From: Monocercomonoides exilis PA203
Taxonomy: Eukaryota > Protista > Preaxostyla
DNA length: 64,000 nt
Assembly: GCA_001643675.2 (NCBI GenBank)
Contig: LSRY02000007.1
Coordinates: forward strand, 248,001-312,000
Reading direction: 5' to 3'
Shown: piece by piece, positions 35,535-49,534 of the stretch
How positions within the stretch are numbered: the stretch's first letter is position 1
Layout of the letters: every line of letters starts with the position of its first letter
Notes under the pieces: generated by a model
What the model saw: the letters and a program-made list of their open reading frames with translations, nothing else
Database searches by the model: none
What the model was told of the DNA's origin: nothing
Made by a program: the position numbers and the translations under genes

Positions 35535-38500
35535 TATAAAAAAGTCAACATTTTATTGTTATTTCTTTCAAATGAAAGTTTGTTGTTCACATGCGTGACC
35601 AATCAAAGCAACAAATCATTTTCAAAATCGTTCTGGTTATTAACACCCATATTTAAGAAAAACAAAAGTGCAGGAAAAATTGAAATTCATTCACGCATGC
35701 TGCCAATCATTCATCTTGTTGCAATTCTGAGCTTTTTCTTGAATATCAATGCTTTTGAAGACAACTCTTTATCTAATGCAAATGTTGAACCATTCCTTTT
35801 CAGATTATCAAAAAATGATGAATATTCATTATCCAGTCCAAAAGCGAATTATTCACAAAGCAACAACAGTGAAGATCGATCCACTCATTTTCGAGATGAT
35901 AAAGTGTCAGAGTTTTCATGTTTGAAAACTTCATTTTCATTGATGAACACATCAATAACTTTCTCAAAGTTGCAGTTGCAAACAAGAGGAGACACAAATA
36001 TTGTTGATGACACTTTATCCAATGTTGAAGTTCTCGGCTGTTTGATATTGTGTAACGATGAAAAGACAAATGGTCTGTTCAGAATTGTCCATGGAAGAGC
36101 ACTGTTCAACAACATGTCATTGAACGCAAAAAGTCAAAACAACCAAATTCCACAATTAGTGGCTTCTGAACAATCGGCCAAAAAGAGATGGATTGGGGAT
36201 GATTTTGAAGCAGTCATGCTGTCATCTTCAACATTTTCTGATTTGGTGTTTGAAAAGGCTCCGATTATTGAGTCCTCACATTCATCTTCTTTGTCCATTG
36301 ACAAATGTGTCTTCTCGAACATTTCATCCACTCAAAAGAAGGATCCATTTTGTTCAGAAATTTCATCTCTTCAAAAAGGAAACGGAGCATTCATCATTTC
36401 TGGATGTGAATTACATGATGTTGAAAATGTGTTTTATGGAGGAATTGGAGACAGCAATCATGCTTTGAATGTTTTCAACACAAGTGTGATGCATTGTGCC
36501 AGAACAATGAATTCAAGTTCAAGAGTGGAACTGAATGACGATCGAAGCTTTGAATACACCGAATTTGTTGATCAGCATGTCACTGATTATTCATCAATAG
36601 ACATAGGATTTCACACTTGTGGAGGAGCAATTTTGTTCAATGGCCCGTCATCTTCTTTGAAAGTTATGAGTTGCATTTTCACGGTTTGAATTGTTTTTGA
36701 ATTATTATTATTGTTGTTGATAACTTTTCCTTTCTCTCTTTTTCAACCTTGAATTTAGAATTGTTCCTGCAGCAGATGGGGAGGGGGAATTTGCGTTGTT
36801 GATTCTTCAACCACAAGAATAGGGAATTGCACATTTGATCATTGCATTGGAAAAAGAAATAATAGAAATGCAGGTTCACATGGAGGAGCAATCTTTCATG
36901 GCCAATCACAATGTTTCGACATCACTCATTCAATTGCAAAAAACGGACATACAACTGGATATGGAGGTGCTGTTTTATTAGCTTTAGGAAGTCCTTCCAT
37001 ATCAACTGAATGCAATTTTAATACTCTTGAAAATGGATCACCTATCCTTTTATTTAATATCACTTACGAAAACGAAACGCTTGATAGCACATATGGAAGT
37101 GCTCTGTTGGTAGAAATCAATCCACCAACTTTTTTTATCATGAGTGAATGTGTCTTTCAGAATTGCTCTGCAAAGAATTCAAATGGAGGAGGAATTTGGA
37201 TTAATGTCAGCCCACTTGAAATGAATACAAAGTTTTGTTTCTATTGCTTCTTCTTCAATAATTCTGCTTCACAGGCATCAGATGTTTATTTGAACGATCT
37301 TGATGAAAAGATAAAAGAAAGTCCGTTTGTTGAATGTTATTCATTGACAAGTGGAGAGAGCAGATGTGTGAGCTCCTCACAAGGAACAAAAAATGAGTGG
37401 CTTCCAAATGGATTTCTTGTGAGATATGTCATTCCAGATGGAGGAAACAACAATGCGCTCTGTGGGCTGACAGTTGAGGATGGCTGCAGCTCATTGAAAT
37501 TCACATTGGAAGACACATTGACAAAGAGCAGATGCAGAATCATGCTGATCGAGGGAATTTATGAGACGGCTGAATCAAATGGATATGTTGTGTTTGGGAA
37601 GAGAATTTCTATTCAAGGGAGAGGAAAGGATCTGACTCAACTGAATCCAGTCCAGGTTGAAGCAGATCAAGTGTTTCTGAGTGTTGATGATGGAATATGC
37701 AAACTGTCATCTTTGAACATTGTGTTTGACTCACATGAAAGTTCAAGACTGTTCCGACTGAGCTCCTCAAATTCTCAATTATTTCTTCAAAAGCTTGTTA
37801 TCAGCACCCCATTGAATCAGGAAGGCCTCCCCTCAAAAGAATATTTGAACAGTTTGTTTGAGGTGAATTTTGCCAACTTTCGAATGACTGATTGCATTGT
37901 CGAGAATGTGTTGTCCAAGGCCAGTCTCTTTCAAGAAACCTCTTCTGCTTCGTTATTGGTATCGTCTTCATCTTCTTCTCTTCCAAACAGTGATGAATCC
38001 TTTGTTGCCAATTCCAACTTTTCACATGTGACAAAAACAGAGGGAGATGGAGCAGTGTTGTCAAAGACAATCAGTGAGGGAGAGTCATTTTGTCTGTGGA
38101 ACACAACAATCGAGAACTGTGAGTGTTCGAGTGGGAGTGGAGGAGGGATCAGGATTGAGATGACATCATCCACAAGCACCTTCAGAATGGGATCCTCCTC
38201 GCTTCCAACCACACTCGATTCATGTTCATGCAGCAAGTGTGGAGGAGGATTGTATCTTTGGCTGGAGGATGGAACAACAGACTTTGTGATTTCATCAGTG
38301 AGTTTTGTGAATTGTGAGGCAGGGGAGGGAGGGAGAAATCTCTTTGTGAATGGGAGCAACATGAATGGTGAAACAATCAATTTGGAGAAGATTCGTATTT
38401 CACTGAATGGGCTGGGATTTGAAGAGTTGATGGGTTTTGATAGAAGTCTGAACGAAATCGGATTGTTTCCGTTGAATGTGTTTTGGGAGCCATTCCAACC

Positions 38501-41500
38501 ACCAGCACATGTTGGGGGAGCTGAAGTAAACTGGGTTTTTGATTCTTGTTTTTGTGGATTCAGCTTCTTCCCATGCCTGACAATAATGCATGCTGCTCAG
38601 CTCAGATATGGTTCATCACAAAGGAAGATTGTTGTTGGAGAGGGATATGAGCTGGATGAGGAGATGATGATGGATGAACCAGTTTGGAACATCTCATGTG
38701 AGCAAAAGGGAATGGCTGTTGATGTGCATGCACCACAAGCAGAGATCTCCAACCAATGGCTGGTGAGTGTTTCCACAGAATGCTCAATATACAACATCTG
38801 TTTCTCTCTTCCTTCTTCTCTCTCAAATGCCCACTCTTTCATCACACTCCCCACTTCCACTTCCTCTCTTACTCTCTCAAACTGCTCATCAATGAATTCA
38901 GCATCTGAGTCAGGGAGTGAGATTGGATTCTGCTTTGCGAGTGTGGTTGGAGGGGAGTTGAAGATGGAAATGTTTGAGACAAAAGGAGCAATGGTGTTTT
39001 CGTCACATTCGTTGATTGAAGGGAAGGGGAGCAGTTTTGTTGTGAATTGTGTTGAGAGTGTTTTTGAGGGAATCACAAAAGAGAATGGAGATGGAGCTTG
39101 TATTTGTGTTTGTGTTGAGGATGAGTCAAGTGCTCATGAGTCAGAAAAGAAACAACTGATAATTGACAACTGCACATTGAATGGATGCTGGGCAAAGGGA
39201 AGCAGAGCAAAAGGAGGAGGGTTGCATGTGTGTCTGAGAGGCAATGATGAAATGGTTGTGAATGGATCATCGAAATTTGATGGGTGCTGCGCAGGAAAGA
39301 GGGAAGAAGGAGAAGAGGATGGATGTGGAGGAGGAGTGTTTGTTCAAGTGGGAGATGCAGAGTGTTTGTTGAGCATTGAACAAGGAGTGCAGTTTTCGAA
39401 TGAGAAGGCGAACATTGCGAGAGATGGGAAAGATGTGTTTGTCTGGTGTGGGAATGGAGTTCAGTTGGAATTCTTGATCAACACATCTTCATTCGGGTTC
39501 TTTGATCATTCAATTCTCCCATCAGATGGAACAAGGCTGAATGGATGTGAAAATGGAGAGGATGATCCTGTCATTCCTCTGCATGTGTATTTGTGCTCCA
39601 TGCCAAGTCCAGTGATGGTTGATGGAAGAGAAGGAGTGGATCACACGAAGTGTGGATTTTCTTTGTTCTGTTGCCGATCGATTGATTTCTGTGCCAACAA
39701 GAGGGTTTCACAAGCAATCAATGAGATTGAAGTTGCATCATCTTCCTCAATCAACACACAAATCTCAGTGTCTTTGTTCCCTCTTCTTCTCTCATCATCT
39801 TCTTCCTCTTCAAAAGAAAGTGAAATAACTGTGAATGTGAGTGACACTGGAGAAGCAACACAAGATGGCTTGATTCGGTGCAGCAACAGTCTGTCCATTT
39901 CAGGACTCAGCTTTGTTCTTCCAAGAGCATTCCAGCAGAGCAGAAAGGCGTTTCTTCAATCTTCATCTGCACTCAGCCTTTCTATCTGTTCCATCTCCTT
40001 TGCTGAAGAACCAGATTCTGAGGGAATTACCATTTCTGTAATATTGGTGGAAAGGGGGGATCTGACGCTCAATGAATTCTCAATGAATTCAGAAGTTGAG
40101 TTTTCAGCATCATCTCCAATCTCAATAACCAATGGGGGAAACATCACAATCAAGAAATCGGAGATCCTTGGGATCAAACACTCAGGTGGTGATGGAGGAT
40201 GGCTGAGTGTGACTGGGATGGATGAAGGAGCCAGGTGGATAACAGTTGATAATTGCACAGTGAATTCATCGTGTGTCCAGGGAAACAACCTCAAGGGAGG
40301 AGGAATGCTGATTGAGCTGGCAAAGGAATGTGAGTTGAAGTGCAACAACACAGAAATGACTGGTTGTGGAGTTCCTGAAGAAGAAACAGAAACAGAAAGA
40401 GAAAGAGAAAGAGAGGTCGGTGGGAGAGGACTTGGTGGGGGTGTGTTTCTATCATTGGAGGATGAAGCAACTCAGTTTGTTCTCCTGGATATGAAGTTTG
40501 TGGGGTGCTGTGCCTGGAAAGGGAAGAATGTGTTTGTGAATGGGAGCTCTCTGGATGAGGTTGTGGATTCCACGCATTTCTGCTGGGAGATGAGTGAGAA
40601 GGAGAAGTCATCGATGGATGAGATGTGTGGGTGGGAGAGAGGCAGCGCTGGAGTTGGGTTTGTGATTCCGCTTGTGGTGTATCTGTGGAGCAACTTCAGT
40701 GGGAGTGGGTTTGTCGATGGGGAGGAAGGAGGAGACTTCAGTGGATGTGGATATGCTGCTGCTCCATGCAGATCCATCTCCCATCTCATCTCCCTCAAAT
40801 TCACCCCACTCCCTGGAAGTTCTTCTTCTTCTGATGATGATGATGGATTGTCCATCTCAGTGTCTCACATTTCCTCACTCACCTCATCCCTTTTCCTTTC
40901 ATCTTCTGTTGAATCAGAACAAATCTCAATGAAATTCATTGGGAAAGACAATGAGCCAGGGATTGGTGTGGGTGATGATCCAGTTGGAAATGAAGAATGG
41001 ACGATCCATTCGACCATCCATCTTTCATTTGAGGTTCTCTCCTTCCACATCCCAACAGCATTTGCCCACCACAGAACATTCATCAGATCTTCAACTTCCT
41101 CATCGCTTCTCCAAATGAAGCACTGCTCTTTCACCCCTCAAAGTTCAAGTGAGCCTGTCTCATTCACTTTGTTGAGTGTTTCAGAGGGAAGTCTGCTGAT
41201 TGACAACTGTTCACTGTCCTCGTTCTCAACCACTTACCCATTTCTCCTTGTTTCACTTCCTTCTCAGTCAATCACCCTTTCCAACATGACAGTCTCGAAT
41301 GTCTCGATATCTTCGTGCTCTCTAGTGACATTCGAAAGAACACCATCTCATCTGCCTGTGAATTCATCTGCTCACAATGAAGTGTCAGACAAGCCTTGTT
41401 GCTCCCTCCAAATCCTGTCATCCTCATTTGCCAACATCACATGCTCTGGTGACAGTGCAACCATTCTTTGCCTCGGAGTGTTCGATGCTGTGGAGAGTGT

Positions 41501-44500
41501 TGTTGAGAAGTGCACATTCAGCCGGTGTGTGAGCGAGGCGAGTGAAAGGGGAGGAGCACTGATGATGTGTGTGAAGAGCGAGGAGTCATTGGTGGAGGTG
41601 AGGCAATGCTCATTCACACTCTGCAAGTGCTCGACAGTGGTTGGGAGAGGAGGAGGAATGATGTTTGATTGTGTGGATCCCTCATTACCAGCACCAGCAC
41701 AGGATGGCTCATTGTTTCTCCCACTGAAGATTTCAGAGATCCGATTCACAATGAATGATGCACTGGTGGGGAAGGATATATTCATCAACTGTCAGTCGAT
41801 CGAGCAGCAGATCAACGAAACACTCTTTGCTCTCGACTTCACCCAGGAGTCGCTCCAGTCGAACAAGTCCATCTGTGCGAGTGATGCTGATGAGCAGGAT
41901 GTGGACTTGATCCCCTTGATCACCTTCTTGTATGCACCCCAGATCTTTGTGTGTCTCGATTCGGCAGACACTCGCCAGTGTGGATTGCCAACAAACCCCT
42001 GCCAGAGCATCTCATCTGCTGTTCACCACATTCAGCAAGGATTGCTCAACACCATTTTCATCAACACCTCATCCACCTTCCTCTCAGAGACAACTGTGCA
42101 TGGGCTGTCCATCCTGCCTTCAACAAAGCAGCAGGCAACAATCCAGCTGAGCATAACCATTCCACACACTGGAGATGCCCCAAGTGTGGTTCTGTTTGAG
42201 GAGGATTGCACAGTTCGCAACTGTTTAATATCATTTGCCTCTTCGTTTGAGTCAACACACTCAGCAGTATTCGCTGAATCATGTGGATCGTTGGAAGTGT
42301 CTCAATGCACATTCACAGCAGCCGATGCCTTGTTGGAGCTGGATTCACTTGTGATGGCTGTTTGGGGAGGAGTTCTGAAGATGAGCGAGACATCATTCAG
42401 CTGGCTGTCTTTTGCAAAACCCTTGCTTTTGTTTTCTGATGAATCAGAAATTGTGTTTTCACAATTGACTCTGGACTCTCTCGCATTGACAGCTGATGTT
42501 GTTGCAATTGGACAGAGTGCAACTGTCTCAATTGAAAAAATGAACTGTTCCAACATCTCATTGAACAAAGGCTGTCTGATATCAACGAACAAAGAAGAGC
42601 TGAACATGAATGGAAATGGAAGAAATAATGATGAAGGAAATGGAAGTCTCAGAATCTCTATTTCATCATTTGTGAATATTTCATCAAATGAGAACAACAA
42701 TAACAATGAGAGTGTTGTGAGGATTGAGAGTGACAAATCAAATGTGAATCTGATTAATTGCTCATTTTCTTATTGTCTGCTTTCAACTGAGAAAGGAAGC
42801 CAGTTGTCTGTTTCAGAAAGTTCGAATGTGATTGTTGTTTCGTGTCTGTTTGATGGCAAAGCAACAGATGAGCCAATTAGCCATCAGAAGAATAACGATA
42901 TGGGAGAAGATGAAGAAGAAAATGACAAAGAGCATAATCCGTTATGTGGTTGGAATGGATCAGTTGTGGATGTGAAGTCAAGCAATGTGACAATGAAGGA
43001 CACCACAATCAGCACCTCGAAGAAAGGAGGGCTTTCATTGTTTGGTGGAAGTGTGGAGATTGAGAAAGGAGAATTCACGAACAACAATCCATCGATTCAG
43101 AATTATCCATCAGCAAGAAGGAACATCCTGTGTGAAGGCTCTTCAGAATTGAGTGTTGTGAGTTTGAAGGGAGGTGATGGAACATTGCCAAATATCTCGT
43201 TGTGGATATTGGATGGAGGATGTTCATTGGAAGGGATTGCAGGAGAAAGGGCATCTCCCTTTTTCATCCCGAAGGTGGAGAGTGTGTCATCTGAAAAGTC
43301 AGGGGAGAAGGTGAATCTTGTGTTCAGAGGATCACTTCTCCTCCCTTGCAATCTCTCATTCGAAACAGTTGCAGCAGAAGGAGATGAGGAAGTGGTTGAA
43401 AAGCATTTGTTTGATGAAAGAGGTTTCATTTCAGAAGAAGAGGTTCATGGATCTGTTCCTGTGGAAACAATTGAAGGGGTGGCAAGTGGAGCAGAAGTGA
43501 GAGTGTGCATTCTGTTTGGAAATCCTTCTTCACCATCATCAACTGAATCCTTCATTCTGAAGAACAAGAGTACCTCAGAATCAAAAGGAGATGAAAGAAT
43601 TGTTGAAGGAGGAAAAGATGGAAAGTTGTCATGGATATTGATTGTTTGCATAGCAATTGTTGTTGCATTGTTAATTGTGTCAATTGTATTCATTGTTCGA
43701 TGGAGAAAGCAAAAGAGAAGAACAAGGGAATTAGAAGAGATTGTGAATGACACAGTGAGGAAGGATCCGAAGGTATTTGAGATGGTGACAATGGAGATGT
43801 CACCTGAGGAGCAATGGAGGAGAGCAGAAAGGGAGGCAGAGAAGAAGAATGAAGAAAGGATCAAGAAGAGGGTGTATGAGAATAGCTTGGGGCATTCCGA
43901 GTCATCAGAGCATTTGTTGAGTGAGAGTGGTTCGACTGAATACATCTTGGGAAGAGATTCAGATAAGATTCCAGAATGGGCATTGGAAAAAGTTGATGAG
44001 AAGGAAGTCGAGGAAGAGACAAGAAAGAGATCGCCATCGCCATCCATCTCATCCACTTCAACAACTGATTCAGATTCAACATTTGTTCGAGGAGAGGATC
44101 TGTGTCCAACCACCTCATCCATGTCGAATTTGGTGGATGCAATTGCCTGTTCATCAGTGTTTGAAAAGCTGATTGTGGATCTGCGAGATTCGCTGTTCAT
44201 GCTGCTTCATGGGAGGAATGAGAAGAAAGAGATGGCGATTGGCACTCTGAAGGAGAGAGAACACACAGCTGCCCAGGTGTTGTTCTGGGTGGCGAATGGG
44301 GCACTCCACTCATTTGAGAATGAAGAAGACGAGCTCTCCTCCCTTGCCAATCTGAGTCCTCACATTGTGTTGTTCTCGGAGCACATGATCATCTGCATTG
44401 CCAAGCATTCCGACTTCTCTTCAGATGATTCAGATTCCTCATCCATCTCCTCCGCCTCCACCATCATCACATCTTCCTCTGACTTCTCATCTGCCAACAG

Positions 44501-45586
44501 GAATGGTCGAGGCTCACCACCACCTTCATCAGCCTTTGAGGATGAGGATGACAACAGGAAGGAGTGCTTGAGGTGGAAGGCGCCTGAGCTGCAGATGAAC
44601 AAGAAGATGGGAGCAACAGAAAAGTCGGTGGTGTTCTCGATTGGGATGATGCTGTGGGAGTGCCTGACCCTGCAGATCCCATTTGGGGAGTATGGGGCAG
44701 TGGTGGCAGGGCAGAAGATTGTGAATGGGGAGAGGCCAGACATGAAGGGGGTTTCAGGGAACACATTTGAGGCAGTTGTGAAGAGCTGCGTGTCGGAGAG
44801 AGGGTGCGAGCGTGTGGAGCTGAATGTGCTGAAGAGAGAGTTTATCCAGCGCTTTCCTCCCGGCACAGTGATGGTGACGATGTCCGATGCGATTGGATAT
44901 AACGAGTTGTCAGAGGAAGAGGAGCTGAGTGTGTCAGCAGAGGCGAGAAAGCTGATTGAAAGCATGAACAAATGAGGAAGAAGAGATGGAGGAATTTCAA
45001 ATTAAATATTGTGTGAAATGTACTTTTTTTTATCTGTGGATGAAATGTGGGTTTTTTTTCAAAAATGCATTATCTATGGTTTTCTGTTTGTGGCGTGCTT
45101 GCTACGATTTTATTTGGCTTTTTGATGCTATTTCATTTATATTTTATTGAATTTTTGTGGACAAGAATGTTGACTCTTAGATCTCTATTTTATTATTATT
45201 CATGTTGAATTTTTCGTTATGAGCGGAATTCATTGAGATTTGAAATTTGATTGTTGAGAAAAGTGAATTCAAGTTTTGGAAAAATGAATAAACCTATTTT
45301 CTATTGGAATGATCATTTTTTTTTTCCCAAATAACATCATCACAAACAAAATAGAAATTGTTAATAAGGTCAGAATATGAAAGAGAAATTCTATTTCCAA
45401 ATACAACATTGCATTGAATGCAATCATTTCAACTGAAGCATTTGAAAATGGTTTCAAGATAAAAGATTTGTCGAATGACAATTCGATGAAGGAAATATCA
45501 ACAAATCTTCGAATTAATGAAAGAATATTATCAAAAAGAATTGCAATCACAGAATATCGAGCAAATACAAGTCTCCAATAGGGTAT

Positions 45587-45650
<64 letters not shown>
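35535..45650 (+). repeat. Direct segmental duplication of ~12455-21470
   Basis: Similarity runs from aaagtcaacatttt upstream of both ATGs, through the genes and ~600 bp of 3' flank, to a poly-T tract in both copies. Confidence 0.9.
35697..44975 (+). CDS. Paralog of 12614-20823, ~3070 aa, with one additional ectodomain module; exons 35697-36683, 36759-44975
   Basis: Near-identical signal peptide, same 987-nt first exon, same phase-0 intron position (36684-36758), open frame 36759-44975, TM helix and the same kinase C-lobe. Confidence 0.88.
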
Positions 45651-45655
<5 letters not shown>

Positions 45656-45958
45656 TTGTTTGGAGAATGAAAATACTTTATTCTTTAATAAGTGTTCCAA
45701 TTTTAACATATAATCTATTTTCATTCTTTTTCTTTTTCTCGATTAATATCAACAAAACATATTTTTTTTCGTTTGTTCTGTTATAAAAAATTACGTTTTC
45801 CATTTGAATAATAAAGAAGTATTCTCATTTTTAAAATTTATCATCACAAATTTGAAAATTCAGTCTTTTGATTTATTTATTTAATTGCAATCAAATAGAA
45901 AATTTGACACTTTTGAAAAATTGACAAATTATCATAAAAACACTTTTTTCGAAGAAAT

Positions 45959-46229
45959 GGAACGATACAAGCACTTTCAAGTTTTTTTTACACACAAATC
46001 ATGAAAACATTGTTTTTCTTAAAACTAATGAAAGCTTTCTCAGAATTAAAAATGAAGGAAATTCTCAAATTTTATAATCAAATATCAATTGGATCATTAA
46101 ATGCTGATTTTTGACTTTATTTGTTTTGGTCAAAATGAAACCATTTTGTTCATATTTTTTTATCACAAAAAGTTCTTCCATTGTGTGAAATTCTTTAATG
46201 AAAAAGTCTGAAGTGCCTCATTTTTCCTC
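45959..46229 (-). mobile_element. Diverged copy C of the 268-bp element (271 bp)
   Basis: Blocks colinear with copy A: actttcaag.ttttttt, atcacaaaaagttc, aatgaaaa.g.ctgaagt. Flanks are AAAT and ACAT. Confidence 0.6.
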
Positions 46230-46753
46230 ACATGATCTTTATTCACTTTTAAATAAATGTTTGCTCATTTTTCTAAAAAAAAATAAAAGAAAATCAACTT
46301 TGTTAATTTCCTTCTTTTGCCAAATGAAGAGATAAAAATTTAATAAAAAATTATCTTAACAATTTTTGAGATTGTCGTTCGCATCGACCATTACATTTCA
46401 TGTTATATTTGGGAGATTACTTTTGAAATCATATTTTTTCCTTCAAATAATTCGGTTGTATATTTTTAATATCACTAATAGAACACTGAAAGGAGAAAAG
46501 GATTATAAAAGACATCGTCGTTTTTAATTCAGAAAAAACAAATGTCAAAAAAAAATAGTTCTGATTATTTTTTGCATTTAAATACAAAATCTCTTCCCAG
46601 TGACAAGCAATCTTCGAAAAATCAACACTCCGAAAAAAGTTATGAATCAAAAATAATTATCTATTTATCTTCTTTTTGTTAATATTTTCAATCTTGAATA
46701 AAAGTCTTTTGACACCAAATAATTTTAGAAATAATTTCCAAAGTCGAATAATA

Positions 46754-47464
46754 CACCAAAAATTATTCAAAGTCGGAAAATTTTCATTCAAAGTTGAAAT
46801 AGTTCCAAACGAAATTGAAAAACTTTCAAGCAAAGTCGAAAGTTCGAAAAACTTCAAATTAAAAGAATAAAATAAAGCAAAGCAAAGTCAAAAATTCATT
46901 GTCATTGTTTAAATATCAATGATATTTGTTATTTAACGATTTTTCATCTTTTTTCCGATTTTTTTCTTTGGTTTCTTATGTCCAATCACAAAATTTTAAA
47001 AGAAGAGAGAAATACAGACACATTTTTATATTATTTCAATTGAAAGAATACTGCTTTTCAAAAGATTTGCCAAAATTTTATATTTGTATTTTTTCACAAT
47101 TAATGAAAAATGATGTTTGCAATATTGGCTCTCTTAATTCGCGTTTTTAATATCAAAAAACTCATCTCTTATTGAAGGAAACAAATGTTCAAAGTAATGT
47201 TAAGATTTTATTTTTGAGTTTATTATGGTTTGAAATCATCAAAATTTGCAGAAAACAACAGCACAAACATTGCTGATAATAATCACAAAAACAAAGTTAT
47301 AATAATTTTCTTTAATTGAATTCTCTTTATATAATATTTATTTTTCTATTTTAAAATTTCGATTTCGATTAAAAGTTTTTCGATTTCGTTTGGAACTTTT
47401 TCGATTTCGAATGAAAATTTTCGACTTTATTTAAAAGTTTTCCGTCTTTGTATAATTTTTGGTG
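46754..47464. mobile_element. Foldback-like element with ~100-bp inverted arms built of ~21-bp subrepeats
   Basis: Left arm caccaaaaattattcaaagtcggaaaa..agttccaaacgaaattgaaaaacttt matches the reverse complement of 47350-47464 (caccaaaaattatacaaagacggaaaa..agttccaaacgaaatcgaaaaacttt). Confidence 0.7.
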
Positions 47465-47834
47465 CAAATGGTGAAAATCATCACAGACAAAATAAATCTC
47501 TCTCTCTCTCCCTCTTAATTTTATTTTTTTATTTATTAATTTGTATGCTTTTTTCCAATGAAAAATCAACATTTTGATCAAAAATATCGTTAACCTAGAT
47601 GATGTGAGGAAAAAAAATATCCCTCACTTGTTTTCTAAAATCCTTCTATAAACAATTCATCAAACATTCTTCAAAGAATTTATAAATAATGAAATTGAAA
47701 TTAACATTCAAACTCAATCACAAGAAACAAAAAGAAAATAACTTCAAATTCAAAAATTCAGTGAAAATTAAAGTACATCATCAGTGAACGAAATAAAGAT
47801 TATATATCAATGAATCATTTGGATTTGAAGTCAG

Positions 47835-49340
47835 TTATAAGAAACATTTATAACTGGAAAAAAAAGCCCAAGTGCTTGACAAAGTTCTCATATTTTCCAT
47901 CCAATCACATGAACTGTAAAGCAAACTGTTCGATTTTTCTTCGAAATCTTCTTCCTCAAACCATTCGTAAACCAACTTTGCGTACAATTGCTCAAGTCCC
48001 AAATTATTCTCCATCAACCAACAAAACTGATGTATCACCTGTCTTGAAATTTCATCATATTCAATGCAATTCCCCATAACTTGATGCAAAATCCATTTTA
48101 GTCTTCGAGATTCTATTTCAAGTTTAATCACTTCGAGACCTCTGAAAGCAAGAAATTTTAGCTCGGCCTTCATAATATGCAATTTTGCCCTGTTCGCTCC
48201 CTTTAAGGAGAACAGCTTTCGGATGGATGCGAATAAATTGCTTGAGCTTAAATACCATTTTCCCCAATGGCTTTGTGATGCTAAGTTCAACAAAAAATAA
48301 AAAAAATCGTTGAATAATGCGTTATTAAATTTCATCTCGAAACTACGCTTTTTAGCTGATTCATAAATTGGATAAAAATTTGTCGCTACTTCAACAATCT
48401 CCTCCAGTGTTTGCTTTAATCGTAAGCTATCTTCAACATCCACAGTATAGTTTGTATTGCATTTGTAAAGAAGAAGATATAAAAAAGTCGCTCTCCACTG
48501 TGTTTCCTTCAAAAGTGCTGAAATAGGCGCTTCTTTCGCTTTTTCTTGTGAAGGAAATGGGATTTTAAATGGGCAATCTGGATCAACTTTGACATTTACT
48601 CCAATTAGCTTCTCATTGCAAGCAATTAATAGAGGTTCTAATGCAGTTTTTATATTAATTGAACAAAGAACATCTTGAGGTACTAAAAGAATTAAAAAAA
48701 AAAAATCCAATATTTAAAAAATGGAAAGCTATCCAAAACAAACCATGAAGTGTCGTGATGCAATAATAAAAATGTAAGATATCTCGAATGTTGAATGGTT
48801 CATCCAATTTTCGTGAAAAAATTATAAGTTTGTCCATTAGAACTTCAGATAAAACTCTACAGTAATAATCGTCAAATTGCCTCCAAGAAAAGAGGCAGCC
48901 GATTGAAAGCGATAGCCAGTGTATAAACTCAAAGTTGTACTTTGAAGGTTCCTTTTTGTAGTCAAATACGCTTTTGAATAAACTCTCTAAAGCAGGCGTA
49001 TCCATAAATAAAGAAGTTAGTTTATTTTGTGGAGTAGGCATGTCGTAATCAAGCATGTTTGCTACAATAACGTAAAAGCACTTGAGCAAATGGTTTTTTT
49101 TCTCCAAACATTTTTCTTTATCTTGAAGATACTCCAAAATAGGTTGAAAGTCCAGAATAGAAAAAGAAGATTTCTCGAGTAAAATGTCTTCCTGCATAAT
49201 CTGCTTGAAGAATAATTCGATATCTTCATTATTTAACTGACATTTTCCATTTATAAATTCTTGTAGCGTTTCTTTTTTCCAAAAATTATTCAATTATTAA
49301 AAAATGCAGAACTCCATCAAAGCAAACTTATGATTTCCAT
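47835..49340 (-). CDS. Hypothetical protein; exons 49340-49328, 49271-48744, 48682-47835
   Basis: GT-AG intron 48683-48743 joins the two long ORFs (TTLH-VPQDVL). GT-AG intron 49272-49327 supplies the start MEIIK. No recognised domain. Confidence 0.65.
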
Positions 49341-49534
49341 TTCATTAACTAAATATCACTTTTGTAAATAAAATATCAAAACAGGCGAAAGATATACAAA
49401 GAGAAAGCCTACAGAATATAAAATTAAATTTCTAAGATAATTCACATTTACCATAACTTAAATATTTTCATAAAAAATTAGTTTTATTTTAGCTATTTGC
49501 AAAGCTAACAAATAATAATAAGGTTGCTGCAGTT

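Noticed and set aside
47350-47464. ~21-bp periodic repeats as a CRISPR array
   Set aside because: No unique spacers, no cas genes and a eukaryotic context; they form one arm of an inverted repeat.
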